Shown: positions 11,752-21,048 of the stretch, piece by piece
How positions within the stretch are numbered: position 1 is the stretch's first letter
How the letters are laid out: every line of letters begins with the position of its first letter
Source: Candidatus Sulfomarinibacteraceae bacterium
GTDB lineage: Bacteria > Acidobacteriota > Thermoanaerobaculia > Thermoanaerobaculales > Sulfomarinibacteraceae
Length of the DNA: 64,000 nt
Reading direction: 5' to 3'
Assembly (NCBI GenBank): GCA_963785275.1
Contig: CAWAUY010000049.1
Coordinates: forward strand, 133,116 to 197,115
Program-made: the position numbers and the translations under genes
The notes under the pieces: model-generated
The model's database searches: none
Seen by the model: the letters and a program-made list of their open reading frames with translations, nothing else
What the model was told of the DNA's origin: nothing

Positions 11752-12759
11752 GTGAAAGCGACGGTGACCTCCCTCCGGCAAGTTCGCCAGATCAAACAGG
11801 TGTTTGGACCTGTTCTCGACCGCCTCGAACTCGTGGACCAGTTCTTCACCAACGAGTTCTCAAACGCCGAACCGATGGTCCGTGACGTCGCCACCTACGT
11901 CCTCGGCAGCGGCGGCAAACGCCTGCGGCCGGCGCTGGTCCTGCTCGTGAGCCGGATGCTCGGCTACAAGGGCGAACGCGACATCCGCTACGCCGCCGTG
12001 CTCGAGATGATCCACACCGCGACTTTGATCCACGACGACATCATCGACGGTTCGGATCTTCGCCGGGGGGCACCTACCGCGAACAATACATGGGGCAACC
12101 AGACCACCGTGTTGGTCGGCGACTGGCTCTACACACGCACCATGGATCTGTGCCTCGAGCTTGGCGATGTCGATGTCATGCGGGTCCTCACTACGGCAAC
12201 CCTGCGGATGACCGAGGGTGAGATCCTCGCCGATCGGGTTCGTGGCCGCACCGACGTCGACGAATCGACCTACATGGATATCACCCAGCGCAAGACCGCC
12301 GAGCTTTTCGCGGCTGCCTGCGCCGTGCCGGCCCTGTTCCAGCCGGCAACCCTCCACCTCACGGAAAAACTTCTCGAATTCGGCCGCAATGTGGGCGTCT
12401 CCTTCCAGCTGGTCGACGATATGCTGGACTTCACCGCCGCCAGTTCGGACCTCGGGAAACCGGTGATGGCCGATCTTCGCGAAGGCCGCGTCACCTTGCC
12501 AATCATTTTGCTCTTGAAGCGGGTCGACCGCGACACGCGCAGCCGCCTGGCCGAGGTTGCTGCGACCGGCCGTTTCGACGCGATCTCCGAGGGGAGGATC
12601 CTCGAAATGGTCCGCACCTCGGGGGTCCTCGAAGAGGTCAGGCTGCGAGCGGACCAGTACTCCGCCAAGGCGGTTCAACAGACCGAATCGCTGCCGCGGG
12701 GCCCTGAGCGAGACGCCCTCATCCGAGCCAGCGAACTGCTCCTCGACCGCGGCGTCTAA
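11752..12759 (+). CDS. ispB: Polyprenyl (octaprenyl-type) diphosphate synthase
   Basis: GGKRLRP, first Asp-rich motif LIHDDIID.SDLRRG, KTA, second motif FQLVDDMLD, GKP..DLREG. Confidence 0.9.
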   Translation: MKATVTSLRQVRQIKQVFGPVLDRLELVDQFFTNEFSNAEPMVRDVATYVLGSGGKRLRPALVLLVSRMLGYKGERDIRYAAVLEMIHTATLIHDDIIDGSDLRRGAPTANNTWGNQTTVLVGDWLYTRTMDLCLELGDVDVMRVLTTATLRMTEGEILADRVRGRTDVDESTYMDITQRKTAELFAAACAVPALFQPATLHLTEKLLEFGRNVGVSFQLVDDMLDFTAASSDLGKPVMADLREGRVTLPIILLLKRVDRDTRSRLAEVAATGRFDAISEGRILEMVRTSGVLEEVRLRADQYSAKAVQQTESLPRGPERDALIRASELLLDRGV

Positions 12760-12768
12760 CGGCTTCCC

Positions 12769-13395
12769 TCAGTCAGCAATGCACTCGAGCCCCGCCGGAG
12801 GCGAAGGCAACCAGCGGCCATCGGATGGCGGGTCGGTCGCTGTCCACTGAGAGAACTGCAGCCGGTTGGTGGCACCTTGCGGGTCGACGATCAACACTTC
12901 GAGTGGGAGCGATGACCCACCCAGCGCCACCTCCACCCTGTCAACCCCACCGGGCTCCCGCGGCACCAGGATGAACCCGTTGGGTTCGCGCTCGAGCACT
13001 GCAAAGTGCTCGACGGCTCCGGTCGGATCGAGCACCGCTGCAAGCGGAACCCGCGACCACTCGTCGTCGCCGAGCACGTGTTCGTCGCAGCTCGGGACCT
13101 CGAGGTCGACGAGCCGCACATCCCGGCCTTCGAGACCCATCATCTGCACGACCGGGTCACCGGTGAGAAACAGCGCCCGGTCGGGCCACGCGACCGTCAC
13201 CACACCGGCAAGCACCTCGCCGGCGCCCATACCCGCTGCGATGTACTCCTGGGTGTAGTCGGCGCGCCAGGCTTCAGAACCGCGCAGCGCATCGCCCAGC
13301 GCCGTCAGAGCAGTCATCCCCTGGTCTCCTGCGGTCGCAGAATTCCAAGCCATCAGCCCGACCAGGGCCGCGCCCACGACCCGTATGGTTTTCAT
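12769..13395 (-). CDS. LolA-like outer-membrane lipoprotein carrier fold protein
   Basis: Signal peptide MKTIRVVGAALVGLMAWNSATA, WRADYTQ, G.VTVAWP, C-terminal IVDPQGATNRLQFS resembling LolA. Confidence 0.6.
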   Translation of the reverse strand: MKTIRVVGAALVGLMAWNSATAGDQGMTALTALGDALRGSEAWRADYTQEYIAAGMGAGEVLAGVVTVAWPDRALFLTGDPVVQMMGLEGRDVRLVDLEVPSCDEHVLGDDEWSRVPLAAVLDPTGAVEHFAVLEREPNGFILVPREPGGVDRVEVALGGSSLPLEVLIVDPQGATNRLQFSQWTATDPPSDGRWLPSPPAGLECIAD

Positions 13396-13402
13396 CGCAG
13401 AT

Positions 13403-13807
13403 TCAACCTTCGAGGCTGAGCGTGTTGATCGAACGCGCGACCACAAAAACCTTCTCGTTGTTGTTTTCCGGCGATGTCGGATAGAGGAAGAAGCCGCTGT
13501 CTTCCATCCGGTACTCCTGTACGACACCGTGGATGATTTCACCATCGAAGAACTCGACCCTCGTCGGCGCGCCGGCCGGCGGCTCGGCAACCATGGACCC
13601 GAGTTGCATTTCGGCCTCGCGCCGCCGGGGGTTCTTGAGAAAGAACACCGCCTTGAGATCTGAAATGCTTACCTTCAGTGACTCGCCCTCGTCGGTCACC
13701 GCCACGACGACGAAATCGAGAGGCGTGAAATCGTGGGTCAAGGTGCATCGCGTCAAATTCCCGTCTCGAAAGCGGAGCACCACCTCGTTTTCAGTCGACC
13801 CCTTCAT
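13403..13807 (-). CDS. Conserved hypothetical protein (DUF6982-like)
   Basis: GGAGGAG then ATG 13807. Motifs VLRFRDG, DLKAVFFLK, VEFFDGEII.G, GFFLYP...NNEKVFV. Confidence 0.7.
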   Translation of the reverse strand: MKGSTENEVVLRFRDGNLTRCTLTHDFTPLDFVVVAVTDEGESLKVSISDLKAVFFLKNPRRREAEMQLGSMVAEPPAGAPTRVEFFDGEIIHGVVQEYRMEDSGFFLYPTSPENNNEKVFVVARSINTLSLEG

Positions 13808-13898
13808 CTCTCCTCCCCCGAGCTTCATCGCAAAGACTGCAGTCATGCTAGCCCGGATCGATGCCGAGGTCCACCGTGCGGGCATTTCGGATTTCGGA

Positions 13899-13978
13899 CC
13901 GCGTGCGGCGGCGGTGCCTGGCTCCCACATTGTCGAGGCCCTGGTCGACAATGTGGCGTGCCTGGCTCCGCTCGGGAA
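13899..13978 (+). repeat. Dispersed hairpin element, type 2
   Basis: CCGCGTGCGGCGGCGGTGCCTGGCTCC-[CACATTGTCGA/TCGACAATGTG hairpin]-GCGTGCCTGGCTCCGCTCGGGA, matching the minus-strand copy at 17614-17686. Confidence 0.7.
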
Positions 13979-13995
13979 CCGCGTGCAAATACGAA

Positions 13996-14132
13996 CCGCG
14001 TGCGGCGGAGGCGCCATCTTTGACATTGTTGGATCCACCGGGAGTCTCGCCCCCGGGGGAGGTCGCGGGCCAACAATGTCATAGGTGGCTCCTCTCGGGA
14101 TTCGCGTTCTGAAAGTTGGATTCACGCGAACG
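13996..14132 (+). repeat. Dispersed hairpin element, type 1, copy B
   Basis: CCGCGTGCGGCGGAGGCGCCATCTTTGACATTGTTGG-(37 nt)-CCAACAATGTCATAGGTGGCTCCTCTCGGGA...TGAAAG...TTCAC.CGAACG. Confidence 0.8.
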
Positions 14133-14178
14133 TTCGAAAACGGCGCATCGTTCGTGTCGACCGGAGGGGCGTCGCCGG

Positions 14179-14218
14179 CAAGAGATTTCTCCAATCGCTA
14201 CGCTCGGTCGAAATGACA
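14179..14218 (-). repeat. REP-like repeat (TGTCATTTCGACCGA...GGAGAAATCTCT)
   Basis: Same ends at 23517-23558 and 55895-55967. Confidence 0.75.
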
Positions 14219-14340
14219 GGTAATAGAGGGAGGAGCCCGCCGCTCAACGCGACGCAGCAGCATGCGGCGGAGTTGTCCGGCTGCGCCGTGACAGGCCTGC
14301 TGTTGAGGGTGGCCCCTCTCGAGTAGAACAGTCTTGCTGG

Positions 14341-15879
14341 TCAGTGCTTGAAGTGCCGCCGTCCGGTCATCACCATGGCGACACCGAGCCGGTCGCAGGC
14401 TTCGATCACGTCCGCGTCGCGGATCGAGCCGCCCGGTTGAATCACCGCACGGACGCCGGCGGCATGAAGGGCCTCCACCCCGTCGGGGAAGGGAAAGAAC
14501 GCGTCCGAGGCGGCAACGCTGCCCTCCAACTCGTGGCCGATCTCCACGGCTTTCGCAACCGCGATCTTGGCCGCATCGACGCGACTCATCTGACCGGCGC
14601 CGATGCCGAGAATCCGGTCCGCCGCACCCACCACGATGGCATTCGACCCGACGTGCTTGACGACTCTCCACGCCAACTCGAGGGCTCTCATCTCGTCATC
14701 GCCCGGAGCCCTTGCGGTCGCCAGTTCGCGAGCCTCATCATCCCACCCGGCGTCTCGCGCCTGAATCAGAAAACCGCCATCGACGTCGCGGACGACCAAC
14801 CCGCCAGCCTCAGCCGGACCGGCCTCGAGCACTCTGAGGTTTTTCTTTTCGGCAAAGACCTCTCGCGCAGCCTCGTCGTAACCCGGCGCGATCACCACCT
14901 CGGCAAACTGTTCGACCACCGCTTCGGCAAAAGCGCCGTCCACCTCCCGGTTGGCGGCAATGACGCCGCCGAAGGCCGACACCGGGTCCGTCGCCCTCGC
15001 CTTGCGAAAGGCCTCGATCATGCTGTCGTCAAGACCCACGCCGCACGGGTTGGCGTGTTTGATCACGGCGACCCCGGCGGCCGACAGGTCCCACACCAAC
15101 CGCCAGGCGCCGGTGGCATCGCCGATGTTGTTGTAGGACATTTCTTTGCCCTGGAGCTGGCTCGCGCCGGCGAGACCGGACGACGGTTCGGGACGCGCCA
15201 GAACGCCCCACTGGTGGGGGTTTTCGCCGTAGCGAAGCTCGACCTCGGCCGAGGTCAGGAGGGCCTCCGCCGCCTGCGCAGCCGCCCCGCGCTCACCGTT
15301 GCCCATCAACCGCGGCAGATTGGCAGCGATCGCCGCATCGTAGGCGGCGGTGTGGCGGTAGACCTTGAGGGCGAGGCAACGCCGGGTCTTGATGCACACG
15401 TCGCTGTCTTTCAACTCTTCGAGGACCCCGGTGTAATCCGCGGGGTCGACCACCACCGTGACTCGCGCGTGGTTCTTGGCGGCGGCGCGCAGCAGGCTCG
15501 GACCACCGATGTCGATCTGCTCGACCGCGTCCTCGAGGGTCACGTCGGCACCGGCCACAGTTTCCCGAAAGGGGTAGAGGTTGACGATGACCAGATCCAA
15601 ACCAGGAATCTCCAACCCGGCCAACTCCGCTTCGTGTTTCGCTCCGGGTGCCGCGAGGATGCCGGCAAAGATCTTCGGGTGCAGGGTCTTCACGCGCCCG
15701 TCGAGGATCTCCGGGAAGCCCGTGAAGTCGCTCACCTCGACGACATCGCAACCCAGTTCCGTCAATGTCCTGGCGGTCCCGCCGGTGGAGATGATCTCCC
15801 ACCCGAGCTCGCGCAAACCGGGGCCGAGCCGGTCGAGGCCGGTCTTGTCAGAGACTGAAATCAACGCCCGTTTTGCCAT
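14341..15879 (-). CDS. purH: Bifunctional AICAR transformylase / IMP cyclohydrolase
   Basis: RALISVSDKTG, STGGT, GRVKTLHP, IDIGGP, LRYGENPHQ, KHANPCG, GAGQMSRVD, SDAFFPF, IQPGGS.RD, RHFKH. Confidence 0.98.
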   Translation of the reverse strand: MAKRALISVSDKTGLDRLGPGLRELGWEIISTGGTARTLTELGCDVVEVSDFTGFPEILDGRVKTLHPKIFAGILAAPGAKHEAELAGLEIPGLDLVIVNLYPFRETVAGADVTLEDAVEQIDIGGPSLLRAAAKNHARVTVVVDPADYTGVLEELKDSDVCIKTRRCLALKVYRHTAAYDAAIAANLPRLMGNGERGAAAQAAEALLTSAEVELRYGENPHQWGVLARPEPSSGLAGASQLQGKEMSYNNIGDATGAWRLVWDLSAAGVAVIKHANPCGVGLDDSMIEAFRKARATDPVSAFGGVIAANREVDGAFAEAVVEQFAEVVIAPGYDEAAREVFAEKKNLRVLEAGPAEAGGLVVRDVDGGFLIQARDAGWDDEARELATARAPGDDEMRALELAWRVVKHVGSNAIVVGAADRILGIGAGQMSRVDAAKIAVAKAVEIGHELEGSVAASDAFFPFPDGVEALHAAGVRAVIQPGGSIRDADVIEACDRLGVAMVMTGRRHFKH

Positions 15880-15982
15880 AGTGCCTCCCGCGAGGTCGCG
15901 ATTGTACACGCAACATCAGTGGTCTGGATGCCGGACGCAACCAGGTTTTCGTGTTCTCCCGCAGGCTGATAGGATGAACGGC

Positions 15983-17578
15983 ATGAACCATCGATTCTGC
16001 CTCGCGGTCGCCCTCGTTGCCGCCATCGCCGCCTGCTCGCCCTCAGGCCCGCCGGGGCCGGAGCCGACGGACGACGCCGTTGTCATCGGAGTCGGTTCGG
16101 ATCTTCGCAGTTGGAACCCCTACCTCGCCGAGGATGCCAACGACGACGCGATCCTGAACATGGTCTATCCGTCGCTGGCGGTCGAACAGCCGGACTACCA
16201 GCAGCACCCGCCATCCTTTCAGCCGTCGTTGGCCCAATCATGGGAGTGGTCGGAGGATGGGCTCGAACTGACCTTTCACCTGCGGCAGGATGCCGTGTGG
16301 AGCGACGGCACGCCGGTGACCGCCGCGGACCTCGTTTTCAGCTGGCGGGTGCAGACCTCCGAGGAGCTCGGTTGGGCCTGGGGCGACGTCACCGACACCA
16401 TCACCAATGTCGAGGCCGTAGACGACCACACCGTCAGGTACTCATTCACCCACCGCTACCCCTACCAGCTCATGGACGTCAACGACGGCCCCATCGTGCC
16501 CGCGCACGCGTGGAGCGCGATTCCCTTCGATTCTTGGGAGGAGATGGACTGGCACGACCTGGTCCTCTCTGCGGGCCCGTATCAACCCGCCTCGCACACG
16601 GCTCAACAGGAGATCGTTCTCGAACGCAACCCCCTTTTCTCAGAAACTGATCGACCGCGGATCGAACGCCTGGTGTTTCGGATCGTGCCGTCGAGAACGG
16701 CACTTTTGAACCAGCTTCTGTCGGGAGATGTCGATCTCGTCAACGGCGTGACCGCCGCCGATGCCGCGAGGGTGCAAAAGGCCCCCGGCGTCGATCTGAC
16801 CATTTTTCCCGACCGTTCCTACACCCACGTCTGTTGGAACCTCGAGAGACCGATTTTTGCAGACAGCCGCGTACGCCGTGCCCTCGCGCTGGCGGTCGAT
16901 CGAAACGCCTTGATCGAAGTGGTCTACGACGACTACGCCCTGCCGTCGGCGGGTCCGGTGCTGTCGTCGATGTGGGCCTTCAATCGCGGGCTGGAGCCAC
17001 TGCCGTTCGATCCCGACGAAGCGCGCCGGCTTCTAGCCGAAGCCGGTTGGCAGGACAGCAACGGCGACGGCGTGTTGGATCGCGACGGCACGGAGCTTTC
17101 GTTCGAACTTCTCGCCCCATCGGAGAGCGAGACCCGGCAGGACGCGGCGTTGATGATCGAACGCGACCTGACCCGAATCGGTGTCAAGGTCGAACCGCGC
17201 TTCGTCGAGTGGGGGGCCCTGCAGAACGCGATGGCTGGCGGCGACTTCGATGCCATCGTCAACCGCTGGGTGGAGCCCACCCAGGTCGATCTGTGGGGCA
17301 TCTGGCACAGCTCTCCGCCCGGGGAGCCGACTTTCAATTTCGGCGGGTATGACAACCCCGAGGTCGACCGGCTGCTCGAGGCCGTCGACGAGGCGCCCGA
17401 TTTCGCGAGCCAGAAGCCGCTGCTCGACGAGATCCAGACCCTGATCGTCGCCGACCAGCCCTACCTCTTCCTGGTCGAAAACACCCGCCTCGTGGGCCAC
17501 AACACCAGGATCCGCGGGGCCGACATCAATGCGGCGTCGATCTTCTTCAATGTCGCCGACTGGGAACTCGTGGATTAG
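15983..17578 (+). CDS. Peptide/nickel ABC transporter substrate-binding lipoprotein (SBP family 5)
   Basis: Lipobox IAAC, LAQSWEWSEDGLELTFHLRQDAVWSDGTPVTAAD, RVRRALALAVDR, FDPDEARRLLAEAGW. Confidence 0.92.
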   Translation: MNHRFCLAVALVAAIAACSPSGPPGPEPTDDAVVIGVGSDLRSWNPYLAEDANDDAILNMVYPSLAVEQPDYQQHPPSFQPSLAQSWEWSEDGLELTFHLRQDAVWSDGTPVTAADLVFSWRVQTSEELGWAWGDVTDTITNVEAVDDHTVRYSFTHRYPYQLMDVNDGPIVPAHAWSAIPFDSWEEMDWHDLVLSAGPYQPASHTAQQEIVLERNPLFSETDRPRIERLVFRIVPSRTALLNQLLSGDVDLVNGVTAADAARVQKAPGVDLTIFPDRSYTHVCWNLERPIFADSRVRRALALAVDRNALIEVVYDDYALPSAGPVLSSMWAFNRGLEPLPFDPDEARRLLAEAGWQDSNGDGVLDRDGTELSFELLAPSESETRQDAALMIERDLTRIGVKVEPRFVEWGALQNAMAGGDFDAIVNRWVEPTQVDLWGIWHSSPPGEPTFNFGGYDNPEVDRLLEAVDEAPDFASQKPLLDEIQTLIVADQPYLFLVENTRLVGHNTRIRGADINAASIFFNVADWELVD

Positions 17579-17613
17579 AAGCAACAGCCGAGGGGCCTGC
17601 CTTTTGTGGCGCC

Positions 17614-17686
17614 TCTCCTGAGGGGATGCCAGGCACGCGGCCCGTCGGACGGGCCGGGTGCCAGGCACCTCCGCCGCACGCGGTTC
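17614..17686 (-). repeat. Dispersed hairpin element, type 2
   Basis: Minus strand GAACCGCGTGCGGCGGAGGTGCCTGGCACCC-[GGCCCGTC/GACGGGCC]-GCGTGCCTGGCATCCCCTCAGGAGA. Confidence 0.7.
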
Positions 17687-17736
17687 TTCTCCAAGGAGCA
17701 CTCGAAGGCTTCTTGTCGGTAGGGGTTGCGATGCCA

Positions 17737-17762
17737 TTCCGAATTCCGAATTCCGAATTCCT
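17737..17762 (+). repeat. Heptamer array (TTCCGAA)x3
   Basis: ttccgaa ttccgaa ttccgaa ttcc, followed by TATAAT at 17777-17782. Confidence 0.8.
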
Positions 17763-17817
17763 ACTTCTTGCCCGCATATAATCCTCCTGTGACCTCTGAT
17801 CCCTTCGAGATCCGCCC

Positions 17818-18786
17818 GTGAGGCGCATCGTGGCGCGTCGGCTCATGATGCTGGTGCCGCTGGTGTGGCTCGTGGTGACACTGACCTTCGTCGTCGTGCA
17901 GGCAGCGCCCGGGTCCTACGCCGACACCATCGACAACCCACGGCTTTCGCCCGAAACGAGAGCCGCCCTCCGCGCCCGCTACGGCACAGACGAGCCGTTT
18001 TTCGATCAGTACCTGCGCTGGCTCGGCGCAATGGCCACCGGTGATCTCGGTGTGTCGTTCATGTACAAGGAGCCGGTCACGAGGGTGCTCGCCCGCGCCC
18101 TCCCGCCCACCGCCCTGCTCGCGGGGGCCGGTCTCGCCATCACCCTGTTTCTGGGCCTCGTTTTGGCGGTGGCGTCAGCGCGCAGACCGTATGGCTGGGC
18201 CGACCGCGCCATCAGCTTTTTCAGTCTCGGGTTGTACGGCGTGCCGTCCTTCTGGCTCGCCGGTGGGCTGATCATGGTTTTCAGCCTCCGGCTCGGATGG
18301 CTGCCTCCGTCGCACATGCATTCGGTGGGCGCTTCAGCACTCGGCGCGGTTGGATCCTTCCTCGACCTCCTCCGCCACCTGGTGCTTCCGGCCGTCTGCC
18401 TGGGGATTGTGGGCGCCGCCGGCACCGCCCGCTATCTCCGAGCGACCTTGTTGGACGTCCACTCGTCGCGCTTCATGCTCGCGGCCCGCGCCCGCGGCCT
18501 TCCGGAATGGCGACTGGTGTGGGTCCACGCCCTGCGACCGGCGCTGCTGCCGGTAGTGACCCTCTTCGGTCTCGCGCTGCCGGTGTTGGTGTCGGGCTCG
18601 GTTGTGGTCGAGACGATCTTCTCGTGGCCGGGCATGGGGCAGGTGGCCTACAACGCGGCGCGCGCCCGCGATATCCCGCTGATTCTCGGTGCGACTCTGG
18701 TCGGCGCGGTCGCGGTGATTCTCGGCAACCTCCTCTCGGATGTGCTGTATGCCGCCGTGGATCCCAGGGCGCGGAGGCCTCGGTGA
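17818..18786 (+). CDS. Peptide ABC transporter permease (DppB/OppB-like)
   Basis: QYLRWL...GDLGVS, PSFWL, EAA-type loop FMLAARARGL, VVETIFSWPGMG. Confidence 0.93.
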   Translation: MRRIVARRLMMLVPLVWLVVTLTFVVVQAAPGSYADTIDNPRLSPETRAALRARYGTDEPFFDQYLRWLGAMATGDLGVSFMYKEPVTRVLARALPPTALLAGAGLAITLFLGLVLAVASARRPYGWADRAISFFSLGLYGVPSFWLAGGLIMVFSLRLGWLPPSHMHSVGASALGAVGSFLDLLRHLVLPAVCLGIVGAAGTARYLRATLLDVHSSRFMLAARARGLPEWRLVWVHALRPALLPVVTLFGLALPVLVSGSVVVETIFSWPGMGQVAYNAARARDIPLILGATLVGAVAVILGNLLSDVLYAAVDPRARRPR

Positions 18787-19718
18787 GATCGCTGGCCGTC
18801 GGGCTCGCCGCCATCGTCGTCCTTGTCACCGGCTGTTGGCTCGGGCCTGTTCTGTTGCCGGACACCGGCGACGGCGATCCGGTCCATGCAGCCCTGCTGC
18901 CCCCTGGCTCGCTGGTCACGGTTTTCGATCTCATCGATGGACGAACCCTGATCGCACCGGATGTCAGCCGTGAGAGCCAGACCTTCGTCATCAGCGGACG
19001 CCACGGAGTGACCGAACTGCCCGCGGGACAGGTCTCGACCGAACGCAAGGTCCGTCTCTGGCTCGGATCGGATCGCTTCGGCCGCGATGTTCTCGTGCGT
19101 CTGTTCGAGGGGGGCCGCCTGTCGCTGCTGATCGCCTCCCTTGGCGTCCTGGTCGCGCTCGTGGTCGGGCTCGGCGTCGGTCTCGCGGCCGCGACCGGCG
19201 GCCGAGTGGTGGATGCCGTACTCATGCGTTTGGTCGACGCCATGCTCGCCTTTCCGCTGCTCCTGCTTCTGATCCTCGTGTCCGCACTGTTCCGACCCGG
19301 GCCGGTGTTCCTGGTCGCCGTGCTCGGGCTCTCGTCCTGGATGGGTCTCGCACGCCTCGTTCGCGGCCAGGTCCTGTCGTTGCGCAACCGCGATTTCATC
19401 AGGGCGGCGCGGGTCGCCGGAACCTCAGAGCTGAGGACATGGACCCTTCACTACCTGCCCAACCTCGAGGCGCCGGTCGCCCAGGACACTGCATTGAGGA
19501 TGGGCAACCTGGTGCTCGCTGAGGCGACCCTCTCCTTTCTCGGGCTGGGAATCCCCGCCAACCTCCCCAGCTGGGGCGCCATGGTGGCGGACGGCCAACG
19601 GGTCATGCTCGAAGGTTGGTGGCTGTCGTTCTTCCCCGGATTCGCGATCGCGACCCTGGTCATCAGCCTGGCCCTGGTTGGTGACGGCCTCCAAAAACGG
19701 CGCTCCGCCGGGGTCTGA
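18783..19718 (+). CDS. Peptide ABC transporter permease (DppC/OppC-like)
   Basis: GTGA overlap with the previous gene. LGSDRFGRDV, RLVRGQVLSLR.RDFIRAAR, EATLSFLGLG, PSWGAM. Confidence 0.92.
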   Translation: MRSLAVGLAAIVVLVTGCWLGPVLLPDTGDGDPVHAALLPPGSLVTVFDLIDGRTLIAPDVSRESQTFVISGRHGVTELPAGQVSTERKVRLWLGSDRFGRDVLVRLFEGGRLSLLIASLGVLVALVVGLGVGLAAATGGRVVDAVLMRLVDAMLAFPLLLLLILVSALFRPGPVFLVAVLGLSSWMGLARLVRGQVLSLRNRDFIRAARVAGTSELRTWTLHYLPNLEAPVAQDTALRMGNLVLAEATLSFLGLGIPANLPSWGAMVADGQRVMLEGWWLSFFPGFAIATLVISLALVGDGLQKRRSAGV

Positions 19719-19749
19719 ACCAACCGCTGGCGTTTGCTACTCTGCAGCG

Positions 19750-21048
19750 ATGAAACAAATGAGCCCTTCGTGTCGGTTGATCACAGTGTGAGCCGACTGG
19801 TTTGTGCTGCTCACCGCCCTACCCGCTTTCGCCGAGGAGAACATCATGGTTCAAGACATCGCGACGGTCGCCTCCGAGATCGAGCCGCAGCTGATCGAAG
19901 CGCGACGGTGGTTCCACCAGCACCCGGAGCTCTCCAACCGGGAGGAGCGGACCGCGGCGGAGATTGCCCGCCGGCTCGAGGCGATGGGCTACGACCCACG
20001 GACCGGGGTCGCCCACCACGGCGTGGTCGCAGTGCTCGAGGGCGCGCTGCCGGGTCCGGTGGTGGCATGGCGCTCGGATATCGACGCGTTGCCGATCGAC
20101 GAAGAAGTCGATGTGCCCTGGCGCTCGACCAATCCCGGAGTCATGCACGCCTGCGGCCACGATCTCCACACCACCGTCGGCCTCGGCGCCGCCGAGGTCC
20201 TGATGCGGCTCAGGGGCAGTCTCCACGGGACCGTCGTCTTGATCTTCCAGCCCGCCGAGGAGGGCCCGCCACCGGGAGAGGAGGGCGGCGCCGCAATGAT
20301 GATCGCCGAAGGGGTCCTGGCGAATCCCGCGCCCGCAGCCATCTTCGGTCTCCACGTGATGCCGACTTTCGAAGCAGGCAAGCTGGGCGTCAGGTCAGGT
20401 GGGTTGATGGCGGCCGGGGACCGCTTCGAACTCACGATTCACGGCCGCATGACTCACGGCTCAGCACCCCACGATGGCGTCGATGCGGTCTTCGTTGGTT
20501 CGCAGGTGGTCACCGCCCTTCAGGCCCTGCCGTCGCGCGAGGTCGATGCGCGCCGCTCGGTCGTGGTGTCGGTCGGGAGTTTTCAGGCCGGCAACCGGTG
20601 GAACATCATCGCCGACGAAGCAGTGCTCGCCGGCACGGTGCGCACCCTGGACACCGAAAGCTGGAACTCGATGCCCGAGCGGTTTGAACGTATCGTCAAA
20701 GGCATTTGCGAAGCCAACCGGGCAAGCTATGACTTGATCTACGATCGACTCGCGCCGCCGGTCGAAAACGACCCGCAGCTGACCGAGTTCGCCCGGCAGT
20801 CGCTGAGCAGGAGCATCGGCGAAGACAACGTATTCGAGACCCCGCCGATCATGGCCTCCGAAGATTTCGCGTTCTTCCAACAGAAGGTGCCGGGTGTCTT
20901 CCTTTTTCTCGGCGTGGCCAATTCCGGCGAGGGGTGGACCGACTACGTCCATACACCGACATTCCGCCCCGACGAACGGGCGCTCGTCACCGGTGTCACA
21001 GCGGTCGCTACCCTGCTCGCCGACTTCACGGCGTCCGGCGGCAAATGA
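19750..21048 (+). CDS. M20 family amidohydrolase with signal peptide (in-frame TGA at 19789, probable error)
   Basis: RRWFHQHPELS..E, RSDIDALP, MHACGHD, FQPAEE, HGSAPH.GVD, ASEDF, HTP.F..DE. Open frame is 19804-21048 and an in-frame ATG at 19750 follows a -10 box. Confidence 0.9.

Noticed and set aside
19789-19791. In-frame TGA in the M20 hydrolase leader as possible selenocysteine or readthrough
   Set aside because: It falls in a signal peptide rather than a catalytic position, no convincing SECIS was seen, and the assembly is error-prone.
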